The position numbers were made by a program, and so were the translations under genes. Positions 19,032 through 29,941 of a stretch of 64,000 nucleotides of DNA are shown here, piece after piece (positions within the stretch are counted from its first letter, which is position 1; the number at the start of each line of letters is the position of its first letter). Location: the NCBI GenBank assembly GCA_963733035.1, contig CAVTBU010000005.1, positions 1,888,001 through 1,952,000 on the forward strand, read 5' to 3'. The notes beneath the pieces are model-generated. The model was not told the origin of the DNA, did not search any database, and was given only the letters and a program-made list of their open reading frames with translations. The DNA comes from Pirellulales bacterium (GTDB lineage Bacteria > Planctomycetota > Planctomycetia > Pirellulales > PALSA-1355).

Positions 19032-21712
19032 TCAGGCGCGGGCGGGATCGATCTTGTCCGGGTCGATCCCGAGTTCCTCAATGGCGGCTGCCACGTGGTT
19101 CGAATCTATGCACCCCCGCTTCGAAAGTTGATAGAGTGCAGCAACGGCAATGCTTTCGGCGTCGACTTCGAAGTGACGTCGCAAGCTCGAGCGGTCCTCG
19201 CTCCGACCGAAGCCATCGGTGCCCAACGGGAACAAGCCCTCGGGCACGTACGGCCCGATCTGTTCGGCCAAGGCACGTACGTAGTCGCTGGCGCTAATGA
19301 ACGGTCCCTGCTCCCCGGCCAGCACCTGCTCGATGTAGCTTTGCCGCGGTTTTTCAGTGGGGTGCAACATGTTCCAGCGTTCGACGGCCTGTGCATTGCG
19401 TGCCAACTCGGTATAGCTGGTCACGCTCCAAACCGTCGACGAAATCTGATACCGGTCGCAGAGGATTTCTTGGGCTCGCAGGGCTTCGCGCAAGATCGCG
19501 CCGAACCGAACAGTTGCACGTGCGGACGGTCTTTGCCCGCACTCTTGCTGCCGAACTTGTAGATGCCGCGGAGAATCCCTTCTTCCACGCCCTCGGGCAT
19601 GGACGGGTGGCGGTAGTTCTCGTTGTACAGCGTGATGTAGTAGATGGCGTCCTCGCCGTCTTCATACATCCGCTTCATGCCGTCGAGCACGATTTGCGTC
19701 GTTTCGTAGGCAAATGCCGGGTCGTAAGCCCGCACCGTGGGGAAGGCCAAGGCGTTGAGCAGGCTTTGCCCGTCCTGGTGCTGCAAGCCTTCGCCGGCCA
19801 GCGTCGTGCGTCCGGCCGTGCCGCCCAGCATGAACCCCTTGGACCGGCTGTCGCAGGCGGCCCACACCAGGTCTCCGATGCGCTGGAAGCCGAACATCGA
19901 ATAGTAGATGAACATCGGAATCATGTTGATTCCGTGTGTCGAGTAGGCAGTGCCCGCGGCGATGAAGCTCGACATCGAACCGGCTTCGGTAATGCCCTCT
20001 TCGAGCAGCTGCCCGTCTTTTGCCTCGCGATAGTAAGTGAGCATGCCGGCATCGACCGGCTCGTAGAGCTGACCGGCGTGCGCGTAGATGCCGCACTGTC
20101 GGAAGAGGCCTTCCATGCCGAACGTTCGCGATTCGTCGGGCACGATCGGCACGATGTACTTGCCGACTTTCTCGTCCTTGAGCAATTTACTCAGGAAACC
20201 GACGAACGCCATCGTAGTCGAAGCCTCGCGCTCGCCGCTCCCCTCGAGGAAGTCCTCATAGCCTTGAATCCGCGGCATCTGGCTGTTGACGGGCTTTGTC
20301 GAACGTGCCGGGACGAAACCCCCCAGAGCCTCGCGGCGCTGCTTGAGGTACTGGATCTCCTCGCTGTCTTCGGCGGGTCGATAAAACGGCGCCTGGCTGA
20401 CTTCGTCGTCCGAAATCGGAATGCCGAAGCGACTGCGGAATTCGCGCAGTTCCTTGTCGCCAAGCTTCTTTTGTTGGTGCGTGACGTTGCGGCCTTCGCC
20501 GGCTTCACCCAGGCCATAGCCTTTGATGGTTTTGGCCAGGATTACGGTCGGGCGGCCCTTGCACGCGATAGCGGCCTGGTAGGCCGCGAACACTTTTTCA
20601 GGATCGTGCCCACCACGGCGGAGCTTCTTGAGCTCCTCGTCCGACATGGCCCGAACCATTTGCAGCAGTTCGGGATACTTGCCAAAGAAGTGCTCGCGAA
20701 TGTATTCGCCGGGCATGACCGTGTATTTCTGGAACTCGCCGTCAACGACTTCGTTCATGCGGCGAACGAGCAAGCCGTGTTTATCTTTCGCCAGCAGCGG
20801 ATCCCAGCTATCGCCCCACACGACCTTGATGACGTTCCAGCCAGCGCCACGAAAAGTACCTTCGAGTTCCTGGATGATCTTGCCGTTGCCGCGCACGGGA
20901 CCATCCAGCCGCTGCAGGTTGCAATTGATGACAAACGTCAGGTTGTCGAGTTGTTCGCGACCGGCCAGCGTAATCGCGCCAAGTGATTCGGGCTCGTCGG
21001 TCTCGCCGTCGCCCAGGAATGCCCACACGTGTTGGCCCGAGGTGTCTTTGATGCCACGGTCGTGCAGGTACTTGTTGAAGCGGGCCTGATAGATGGCCAT
21101 GATCGGCCCCAGACCCATCGACACGGTCGGGAATTCCCAGAAGCCCGGCATCAGCCAGGGATGCGGGTAGCTGGAAAGTCCGCCCCCTTTTTCCAGTTCC
21201 TGCCGAAAGTTGACTAGGTGCTGCTCGTCGATGCGGCCCTCGAGAAACGCGCGGGCATACATTCCCGGGGCGGCGTGCCCTTGGAAATAAATCTGATCGC
21301 CGGAGTAGTCGTCTCCTTTGCCGCGGAAGAAGTGGTGGAAGGCCACTTCGTAGAGCGTGGCCGCCGAGGCGAACGTCGAAATATGGCCACCGATGCCGTC
21401 GTGGGCCTTGTTGGCCCGGGTGACCATGGCCATCGCGTTCCAGCGGATGATGCTCTTGATGCGGCGCTCGAGTTCGCGATTGCCGGGGTAGGGTGGTTGC
21501 TTGTCGGCGGCGATTGTGTTGATGTAGGGGGTCGTGGCCGTGAACGGCAATTCAACCCCCTCGCGATGTGCCGCTTCGCTCAACTCGCCGAGCAAAAAGC
21601 TGACGCGTTCGGGCCCTTGATTCTCCAGGACGCTCCGCAACGATTCGAGCCATTCGGCCGTTTCGAGCGGATCGGTGTCCGCATGCGAGGGAATCGTGTC
21701 AGCTTGCGACAT
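19032..21712 (-). CDS. aceE: Pyruvate dehydrogenase E1, homodimeric type; 1-nt frameshift at ~19501
   Basis: GGHISTFAS, SSYPHPWLMP, GDGETDEPES...NCNLQRLDG, GEGLQHQDG, LGTDGFGRS. Adding one G (FGSGAILREA) gives 893 aa. Confidence 0.95.
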
Positions 21713-21969
21713 GGCCTGGCTCCATAGCACTGGGGAGATCGAATTGTCCGACGAGCTGGCGACCGGTGTCGCAGCTTTTCATCGCGTCCATGCGATGACG
21801 CAGTCCGTCGAACTGTTCAACGGACTTTGAGTGCCTCCGCCGGGGGCGTGCGGTCACAAACAGCGGCAGCAGCGACCGGTTCGGTGGGAACCACCGAACG
21901 GCTGAATTATCCCCCGCCGGCCCAATTTGGTAAAGGGCTGTAAGTCCATGCGGCACAGTCCCTTTGTGG

Positions 21970-23403
21970 TTAACAGGATGACTTTTTCTTATGTTTTGCG
22001 CGTGTGCGCGGTTTGTAGATTTCGGTGGCCGTGCCCAGGAACGCTTCGGCCGCAAAACCCAACGTTTCGCTCAGCGTTGGGTGCGGGTGGATCGATTCGG
22101 CCAGATCGCGGGCCGTGGCCCCCATTTCGATGGCCACCACGCCCTCGGTCAGAATGTCGCCGGCGCTAACGCCCACGATGCCGATCCCCAAAATCCGTTC
22201 GCTCTCGGGATCGATGAGCAACTTCGTGAAACCTTCGGTGCGGCCCAGCGCAAGCGCCTTGCCGCTGGCCGCCCAAGGATATTTTACCACCTCATGTTCG
22301 ACGCCTTGCGCCTGGGCGTCGTTTTCGGTGAGCCCGGCCCAGGCAATCTCCGGGTCGGTGAACACGATGGCCGGAATGGCCAAGGGTTCGAACACAGCCG
22401 GCTCGCCCAGCAGCGCTTCAACGGCCACCTTGCCTTGATGCGAGGCTTTGTGCGCAAGCATCGGCTCGCCGGCAACGTCGCCGATCGCCGATATATGTTC
22501 GTCGGCCGTGCGACATTGGTCGTCGATGACAACGAAGCCCTTTTCGTCGATCTCGACGTCGGTGTTTTCCAGCCCGAGCCCGGCACTGTTGGGCCGCCTG
22601 CCGACCGACACCAGCACGCGGCTGAACGATTCGGTGCGTGTGCCGTTCTCGTCTTCGAAGGTGACGTCGATCACGTCCTGACCTTCGGCGACCTTGGCAA
22701 CCTTGGTGTTGAGGTAGATGTTGGCGAAGATCTTCTTCAGCCGCGTTTCCAGCGGTTTGACCAGGTCACGATCGGCCAACGGCAGCAGCGTGGGAGTTAG
22801 TTCGACAACCGTCACCTTCGTGCCGAGTTCCGCGTAGACTGTTCCCAGTTCCAGGCCGATGTATCCGCCGCCAATTACCAGCAGGGTCTCGGGCACGTCT
22901 TGCAGCGCTAGCGCGCCGGTTGAATCCATTACCCGGTCGGAGTTCAGCTTGAAGGCGCCGGGCATGGCCGGAATCGAACCGCTGGCCAGGATGCAATGCT
23001 CGAAGACCAGTTTGTCGTCCCCTTCGACGCCTTCGAGCTTAAGCGTTTGAGAATTGAGAAACGTGGCCCGGGCATGAATCACTTGCACCTTGCGGCGCTT
23101 GGCCAGTTGGGACAGGCCGCCGCTCAGGTCGGAGATGACCTTGTCCTTGCGGGCGCGCATCGTGTCGACGTCGATCTGGGGCGATTCGAACTTCACGCCC
23201 CATTCGTTCATTTCGTGCGATTCGCTGATGACGCGGGCGACGTGCAACAGGGCCTTGGAGGGAATACAGCCTTTGAGGAGGCACGTGCCGCCCAGCCGCG
23301 ATTCGGCTTCGACGAGCGTGACCTGCATGCCCATATCGGCGGCCATGAACGCGGCCGCATACCCGCCGGGTCCGCCGCCCAGCACTACCAATTGAGTCTC
23401 CAT
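21970..23403 (-). CDS. lpdA: Dihydrolipoyl dehydrogenase E3
   Basis: GGGPGGY, GGTCLLKGCIPSK, GGGYIGLE, HPHPTLSE. Confidence 0.96.
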   Translation of the reverse strand: METQLVVLGGGPGGYAAAFMAADMGMQVTLVEAESRLGGTCLLKGCIPSKALLHVARVISESHEMNEWGVKFESPQIDVDTMRARKDKVISDLSGGLSQLAKRRKVQVIHARATFLNSQTLKLEGVEGDDKLVFEHCILASGSIPAMPGAFKLNSDRVMDSTGALALQDVPETLLVIGGGYIGLELGTVYAELGTKVTVVELTPTLLPLADRDLVKPLETRLKKIFANIYLNTKVAKVAEGQDVIDVTFEDENGTRTESFSRVLVSVGRRPNSAGLGLENTDVEIDEKGFVVIDDQCRTADEHISAIGDVAGEPMLAHKASHQGKVAVEALLGEPAVFEPLAIPAIVFTDPEIAWAGLTENDAQAQGVEHEVVKYPWAASGKALALGRTEGFTKLLIDPESERILGIGIVGVSAGDILTEGVVAIEMGATARDLAESIHPHPTLSETLGFAAEAFLGTATEIYKPRTRAKHKKKSSC

Positions 23404-23606
23404 GGCAATCTTTCCAGCTATCGATGTTTGGAGCGCCGCGAGTTCAACGCCCAATTGTACGCTGTCGTGGAAGGTCCGGCCGAACGCGTGCGTCAGGCAA
23501 GCCGGTTATGATACCCGGCGCCCGGCTTGTCTTGAAGGTGCGAATCGTGCCGGTCGGCGCAAGGAAAATCGGGACCCGTCGCATCGATGGCGTGTCATCC
23601 ATAACT

Positions 23607-23730
23607 GGGTGCCATGCTTGCGCTTCGCAAGCATGCTCTTCCTTCGAGCAAGGCAAGAAGATCGCAGAGGCGTTTGACGCTGTGGAACTTTCATCCTGGG
23701 GCATGCTTGCGAAGCGCAAGCATGGCACCC
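23607..23730. repeat. REP doublet (REPIN-like unit), left of RAYT
   Basis: GGGTGCCATGCTTGCGCTTCGCAAGCATGC at 23607-23636 and its exact reverse complement at 23701-23730, with a 64-bp spacer. Confidence 0.9.
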
Positions 23731-23797
23731 GGCACCCGGCAAGTTTAAGTCGTCTCTCTTGCTTTACACGAAGTCCTGCCGGCATGAAAATACGCCC

Positions 23798-24367
23798 ATG
23801 ACCCAGGCACATCGCAAACGTTGCCGGCGATACGACGTACCGGGGGATGCTCATTTCCTGACGTTTTCGTGTTACCAGCGGCTGCCGCTGCTTTCGCGTC
23901 GACGTTCGTGTCAATGGTTGCTTGATGCCCTCAGGAATGGCCGCGACCGGGCAGATTTCGATCTCTGGGCGTATGTTGTCATGCCCGAGCATGTGCATCT
24001 GGTCGTTTTGCCAAGGCCTGAACATCGAATTCGCGATATTCTCAAGTCGCTCAAGCAGTCCGTGGCACGCCGTGCGTTTTCCTGGTTGGAACGGAACAAT
24101 CCGGCGTTTCTCGACCGGCTCAAAGTCGTGCGGACCAACGGAACGTGGGGCTATAGATTCTGGCAGCGCGGCGGAGGATACGATCGGAACCTGCGATCGG
24201 TTGCCGATATCCATGAGAAGATCGCATACGTCCACAACAATCCAGTGCGCAGAGGCCTTGTCCAGCGAACTGTCGATTGGCAGTGGTCGAGTGCGCTAGC
24301 CTGGGAATCGGGCGGCAGCGAACCGCTGCCGATCGACCGTGATTCAGTGCCGCGGTTAAACGTCTGA
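23798..24367 (+). mobile_element. REP-associated tyrosine transposase (RAYT/TnpA-REP, IS200-like Y1 HUH nuclease)
   Basis: HFLTFSC, YVVMPEHVHL (HUH), FWQRGGGYDR, YVHNNPV (catalytic Tyr), WQWSS. REP doublets on both sides; no tnpB. Confidence 0.9.
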
Positions 24368-24399
24368 AGGCCTTTTTGTAAGTCCGTTGCAGTGACAAA

Positions 24400-24529
24400 G
24401 GGTGCCATGCTTGCGCTTCGCAAGCATGCCCCAGGATGAAAGTTCCATAGCGTCAAACGCTTCTGCGATCTTCTTGCCTTGATACCGCTCGACGGAAGAG
24501 CATGCTTGCACTTTGCAAGCATGGCACCC
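24400..24529. repeat. REP doublet (REPIN-like unit), right of RAYT; inverted copy of the left unit
   Basis: Same 30-mer at 24400-24429, variant inverted copy at 24500-24529. Spacer CCCAGGATGAAAGTTCCATAGCGTCAAACGCTTCTGCGATCTTCTTGCCTTG is a near reverse complement of the left spacer. Confidence 0.9.
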
Positions 24530-24552
24530 GAGCGCCGGACGATAATCGCCTA

Positions 24553-24852
24553 TCAGCGCAACTGTTCCAACTCGGCGCGGAGTGTTTGTTCGGGAACAAC
24601 GCCAACGTGTTGCCTGGCGATGCGGCCGTCTTTGAAGATGAGTAGCGCGGGAATTGACGAGATGCCGTAGTGGCTGGCCAACTCCTGATTCTTGTCGACG
24701 TTGACCTTGGCCACTTTGAAGTCCTTGGCCAACGACTCGATGGCCGGCGTCATCATCCGACACGGCCCGCACCAGGGTGCCCAAAAATCCACCAACACGG
24801 GCTCGGTGGATTGCAGAATCTCCTTTTTCCAATTGAATTCCTTCAGAAGCAT
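24553..24852 (-). CDS. trxA: Thioredoxin
   Basis: PVLVDFWAPWCGPC, KVNVD, SIPAL; 99 aa. Confidence 0.92.
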   Translation of the reverse strand: MLLKEFNWKKEILQSTEPVLVDFWAPWCGPCRMMTPAIESLAKDFKVAKVNVDKNQELASHYGISSIPALLIFKDGRIARQHVGVVPEQTLRAELEQLR

Positions 24853-24948
24853 GGCGGAAACTCCCTCGGCCAGGGCATTAGTCGAGAACGTGGTGAATTT
24901 TACCCGGCGAGCGAACCGGCGGATGTTCATCCACCGGCACTCGTCTCA

Positions 24949-26041
24949 CTACTGGGCATGCTTGCCGTGAAATTCGAGCATCAAGTCGCGAAGGGCCTGT
25001 ACGCCTTCTTTAGGCATGGCGTTGTAGATGCTGGCTCGGATTCCGCCGACGCTACGGTGTCCTTTCAGATCGACCAGGTCGCGCTGTTTCGCGGCCTTGA
25101 TGAACTCGCCTTCGAGTTCATCGCTGGGCATGCGCCAGGTGACGTTCATTTGCGAACGGCTATCGGGGCGGGCATGCCCGCGGTAAAAATCGGGATGGGC
25201 GTCGAGCACGTCGTACAGCAGCTTCGCTTTCTCCTGGTTCCGCCGGGCCATGCTTTCCAGGCCGCCGACATCCTGTTTCAGCCACCGGGCCACGAGCATC
25301 AGCACGTAGACGGCAAACACCGGAGGCGTGTTGTATAAGGAATCGTTTTCGGCCTGCAAGCGGTAGTCGAGCATCGGCGGCAGGTTCTTCGGCACCCGCT
25401 CTAGCAGGTCGTTGCGAACGATCACGACCGTGACGCCAGCGATGCCCGCGTTCTTTTGCGCAAGCGTAGATCATTCCGTAGCGGCTCACGTCGATCGGAC
25501 GTGAGAGGAAATTGGACGATGTGTCGCAGACCAGCGGAATCGATCCGGCATCGGGCTCGCTCTTGAATTCCACGCCCTGAATTGTCTCGTTGTCAGTGAA
25601 GTGGGCGTATGCCGCGCCAGAGGTGAACTTCAGGTTGGCCGGTTCGGGCAGGTGCGAGTAATTGTCGGCCTTGCCGTCCCAGACGACGTTGGCAGTGCCC
25701 AATCGCTGGGCTTCGGCCAAGGCTTTCTTGCCCCAGCTGCCGGTAAGGATATAGTCGGCGGTTTGCGTTTCGCCGCGGAGGTTCATCGGCACCATGGTGA
25801 ACTGCAGGCTGGAACCGCCCTGCAGGAACAGGATGCTGTAGTCCGACGGGATATTCAGCAGCTCGGTAAGCAGCGTCTTGGCTTCTTCGTGCACCGCGCC
25901 AAAGGCCTTTGAGCGGTGACTGATTTCGAGGATCGACGAACCGACGCCCGGTAACTCACTGACCGCGGCCTGGGCTTCCATCAATACCTTGACCGGCAAG
26001 ACGGCCGGACCGGCCGAGAAATTGTAAACACGCGGCGACAT
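24949..26041 (-). CDS. serC: Phosphoserine aminotransferase; 2-nt frameshift at ~25459
   Basis: YNFSAGPA, EISHRS, FLQGG, NETIQG, YNTPP, RSQMNV, GHRSVGGIRASIYNA. Restoring 2 nt gives YACAQKNAG (PLP lysine) and 364 aa. Confidence 0.95.
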
Positions 26042-26252
26042 GGCTCAGAGAATCTCCGGATTGGCGAACGGACGCGACGAGGCTCCAAACCGCCGAATAT
26101 CGCACCTGAGGCTCCGGGCGACAACTGCTGATTGCCCGCGGCGGCCGGATTGTCAGTGACGGCCACGACGGCCAAACGGTTACAACCATCGTGCTATACT
26201 TCCGGCGGCACACGATATGCACCAACGTCAGCGTGAGGACGAAGGGCACGTT

Positions 26253-27158
26253 ATGAAAATACTCGTTACCGGCGCATCGGGCCTCGTCGGCTCGCGGCTC
26301 GTGCCCGAACTGAAAGCTCAGGGCCATCAGGTCGTCGGCCTGACACGTGACAAAGCGAAGCTCCAAGCCGGCACGGCATTTTGGAATCCCATCGAGGGCT
26401 ACGTCGACCCCGAGGCTCTGAGCGGCTGCGACGCCGCGGTGAACCTGGCTGGCGAAAGCATCGCTTCGGGCCGCTGGAACGAACGGCGCAAGCAAGCGAT
26501 TCGCCAGAGCCGGGTCGATTCGACGACGACGATCGCCAAGGCCCTGGCCGGTTTGGAACCGAAGCCGCGGGTGTTGATCAATGCCTCGGCGGTCGGCTAC
26601 TACGGCTCGCGCGGCGACGAGGCGCTCGACGAAACGAGTTCGACTGGCAGCGGCGACTTCTTGTCGAGCGTTTGCCGCGATTGGGAAGCAGCGACCGAAC
26701 CGGCCCGCGAAGCTGGCATTCGGGTTGTGATGACCCGCTTTGGCGTGATCCTCAGCAAACAGGGGGGCGCGTTGGCGACGATGCTGACGCCGTTCAAGCT
26801 GGGTCTGGGAGGCAAGATTGGCAGCGGCGGTCAATATATGAGCTGGATTGCGATCGACGACGTCGTTGGAGCAATCGTTCATTGCTTGAATAGCGAGTCG
26901 CTGGTTGGACCGGCAAACATTGTGGCCCCGGAGCCGGTCACCAATGCCGAGTTCACCAAAACGTTAGGCCGCGTTCTGTCGCGGCCGACCATCTTCCCGA
27001 TGCCGGGTTTCGCGGCGAAACTTGTTTTTGGCGAGATGGGAGACGAGCTGCTATTGAGCGGCCAGCGCGTACGACCGGCCCGGTTGCTTGAGGCGGGATA
27101 CGTGTTCAAATACCCTGAGCTCGAGGCGGCGCTCGGACACGTCCTTTACGGCAACTGA
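26253..27158 (+). CDS. TIGR01777 family NAD-dependent epimerase/oxidoreductase
   Basis: MKILVTGASGLVG, VNLAGESI, NASAVGYYG, CRDWE, GSGGQYMSWI, LLLSGQRVRP. Confidence 0.9.
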   Translation: MKILVTGASGLVGSRLVPELKAQGHQVVGLTRDKAKLQAGTAFWNPIEGYVDPEALSGCDAAVNLAGESIASGRWNERRKQAIRQSRVDSTTTIAKALAGLEPKPRVLINASAVGYYGSRGDEALDETSSTGSGDFLSSVCRDWEAATEPAREAGIRVVMTRFGVILSKQGGALATMLTPFKLGLGGKIGSGGQYMSWIAIDDVVGAIVHCLNSESLVGPANIVAPEPVTNAEFTKTLGRVLSRPTIFPMPGFAAKLVFGEMGDELLLSGQRVRPARLLEAGYVFKYPELEAALGHVLYGN

Positions 27159-27168
27159 GGTTTGGCGA

Positions 27169-28179
27169 ATGCGGCAGGCGATTCTGGCGTTTGGTGTCGT
27201 GGTTTGCTTGAGCGCGACCGCGACCGCTGAGAAACCGGCTCCTAACTGGCAACTCGTGAGCAAAGCGGCGCCGTGGCAAGCCCGCGATTCGCAAGGCGAG
27301 GTCGTCTTTCGCGATCGGTTGTGGGTCTTGGGCGGCTGGTTCGATTCGTTCAAACCCGCTCCCCGCGACGTGTGGAGCAGCGGCGACGGCCAGCACTGGG
27401 AACTTGCCACCGGTGAAGCGCCTTGGCGGCACAGCGACTTGTCGATGAGTCTGGCGTTCAAGGATCGCATGTGGATGATGGGCGGTTGGTACAACGGCCG
27501 CATGCCGGGACACGAAGCTGGCAACGAAGTCTGGTCGAGCACCAACGGAAAGAATTGGACGCAAGCGACGGCCGCGGCCGGCTGGACGCCTCGGTTGGCC
27601 GCGGCCACCGTGGTGTTCAAGGGCCAAATGTGGATCCTGGGCGGCACCGAAGATTATTACTTCGGCGACTCGTCCGACCTGAAGAACGATGTCTGGTCCA
27701 GTGCCGACGGCAAGCATTGGACTTGTGCGACGGAGCATGCGGGCTGGGCACCCCGAGCGTATCATCAGGCCGTCGTCTTGAACGACCAGATGTACGTGTT
27801 GGGCGGTGGCAACTACGTGCCCACCTACGAGGCCTACAACGACGTATGGAGCAGCCGCGACGGCGTGAACTGGGAACAAGTGACCGCCAAGGCGCCGTGG
27901 GAACCGCGGCTGTGGTTCTCGGCAGTGACCTACCGCGAGCGGATGTGGATCCTCGGCGGCTGGGCCAACAACCCCTCGCGCAACCTGGGCGATGTGTGGT
28001 ATTCGCGCGACGGCGGCGATTGGCAGCAGCTTTCATCAGCGACCATCTGGAAGGAGCGCCACGAACATTCGGCGCTCGTGTGGCGCGATAAGATCTGGGT
28101 GCTCGGCGGCCACGCCCGTCCGCTTTCAAGCGAAGTCTGGTCGCTCGAGATTCCTCCCGATTGGTTCGACGAAAAGTAG
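27169..28179 (+). CDS. Exported Kelch-like beta-propeller protein
   Basis: Signal peptide and six repeats of APWxxR...(M/L)WxLGG...NDVWSSxDGxxW. Confidence 0.8.
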   Translation: MRQAILAFGVVVCLSATATAEKPAPNWQLVSKAAPWQARDSQGEVVFRDRLWVLGGWFDSFKPAPRDVWSSGDGQHWELATGEAPWRHSDLSMSLAFKDRMWMMGGWYNGRMPGHEAGNEVWSSTNGKNWTQATAAAGWTPRLAAATVVFKGQMWILGGTEDYYFGDSSDLKNDVWSSADGKHWTCATEHAGWAPRAYHQAVVLNDQMYVLGGGNYVPTYEAYNDVWSSRDGVNWEQVTAKAPWEPRLWFSAVTYRERMWILGGWANNPSRNLGDVWYSRDGGDWQQLSSATIWKERHEHSALVWRDKIWVLGGHARPLSSEVWSLEIPPDWFDEK

Positions 28180-28208
28180 GCGGTCGAGGACTTCTCGGCG
28201 CGGCAAAC

Positions 28209-29686
<1,478 letters not shown>

Positions 29687-29941
29687 GAATTCCCGTCATT
29701 GTGATCCATTGAGAAGAACTCTTGCGGCGCCAAAGCCGTGGTCGCGACTCCGTTGTCAAGGTGGAAACGGTCTTGACGATTACCGGGGCGGCACGGCCTC
29801 ACAGAATCAAAACTTGGTCATATGGACCGGATTTGATATGATGTGAAGTAGCAGATTGGGCATGGCGGCGAGCGAGTCGGTGCGGCGAGCCAGCCGGAGG
29901 GAGCCCAACCCTGCCCCGCCTCGGTTCTCCCCGCCTAACGC

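Noticed and set aside
23444..24235. Minus-strand ORF spanning the RAYT and REP region
   Set aside because: It is antisense to the RAYT and reads through palindromic REP sequence, with no protein-like features
23607..24529. CRISPR array or IS200/IS605 element with tnpB
   Set aside because: The repeats are inverted rather than direct, the spacers are copies of each other, and there is no cas or tnpB gene. The pattern fits REP/RAYT.
19032..26041. aceE and serC (and five other genes) as true pseudogenes or programmed frameshifts
   Set aside because: Each break is a 1-2 nt loss in a G/C run beside GCGC, with no other decay and no slippery heptamer. Sequencing error is far more parsimonious.
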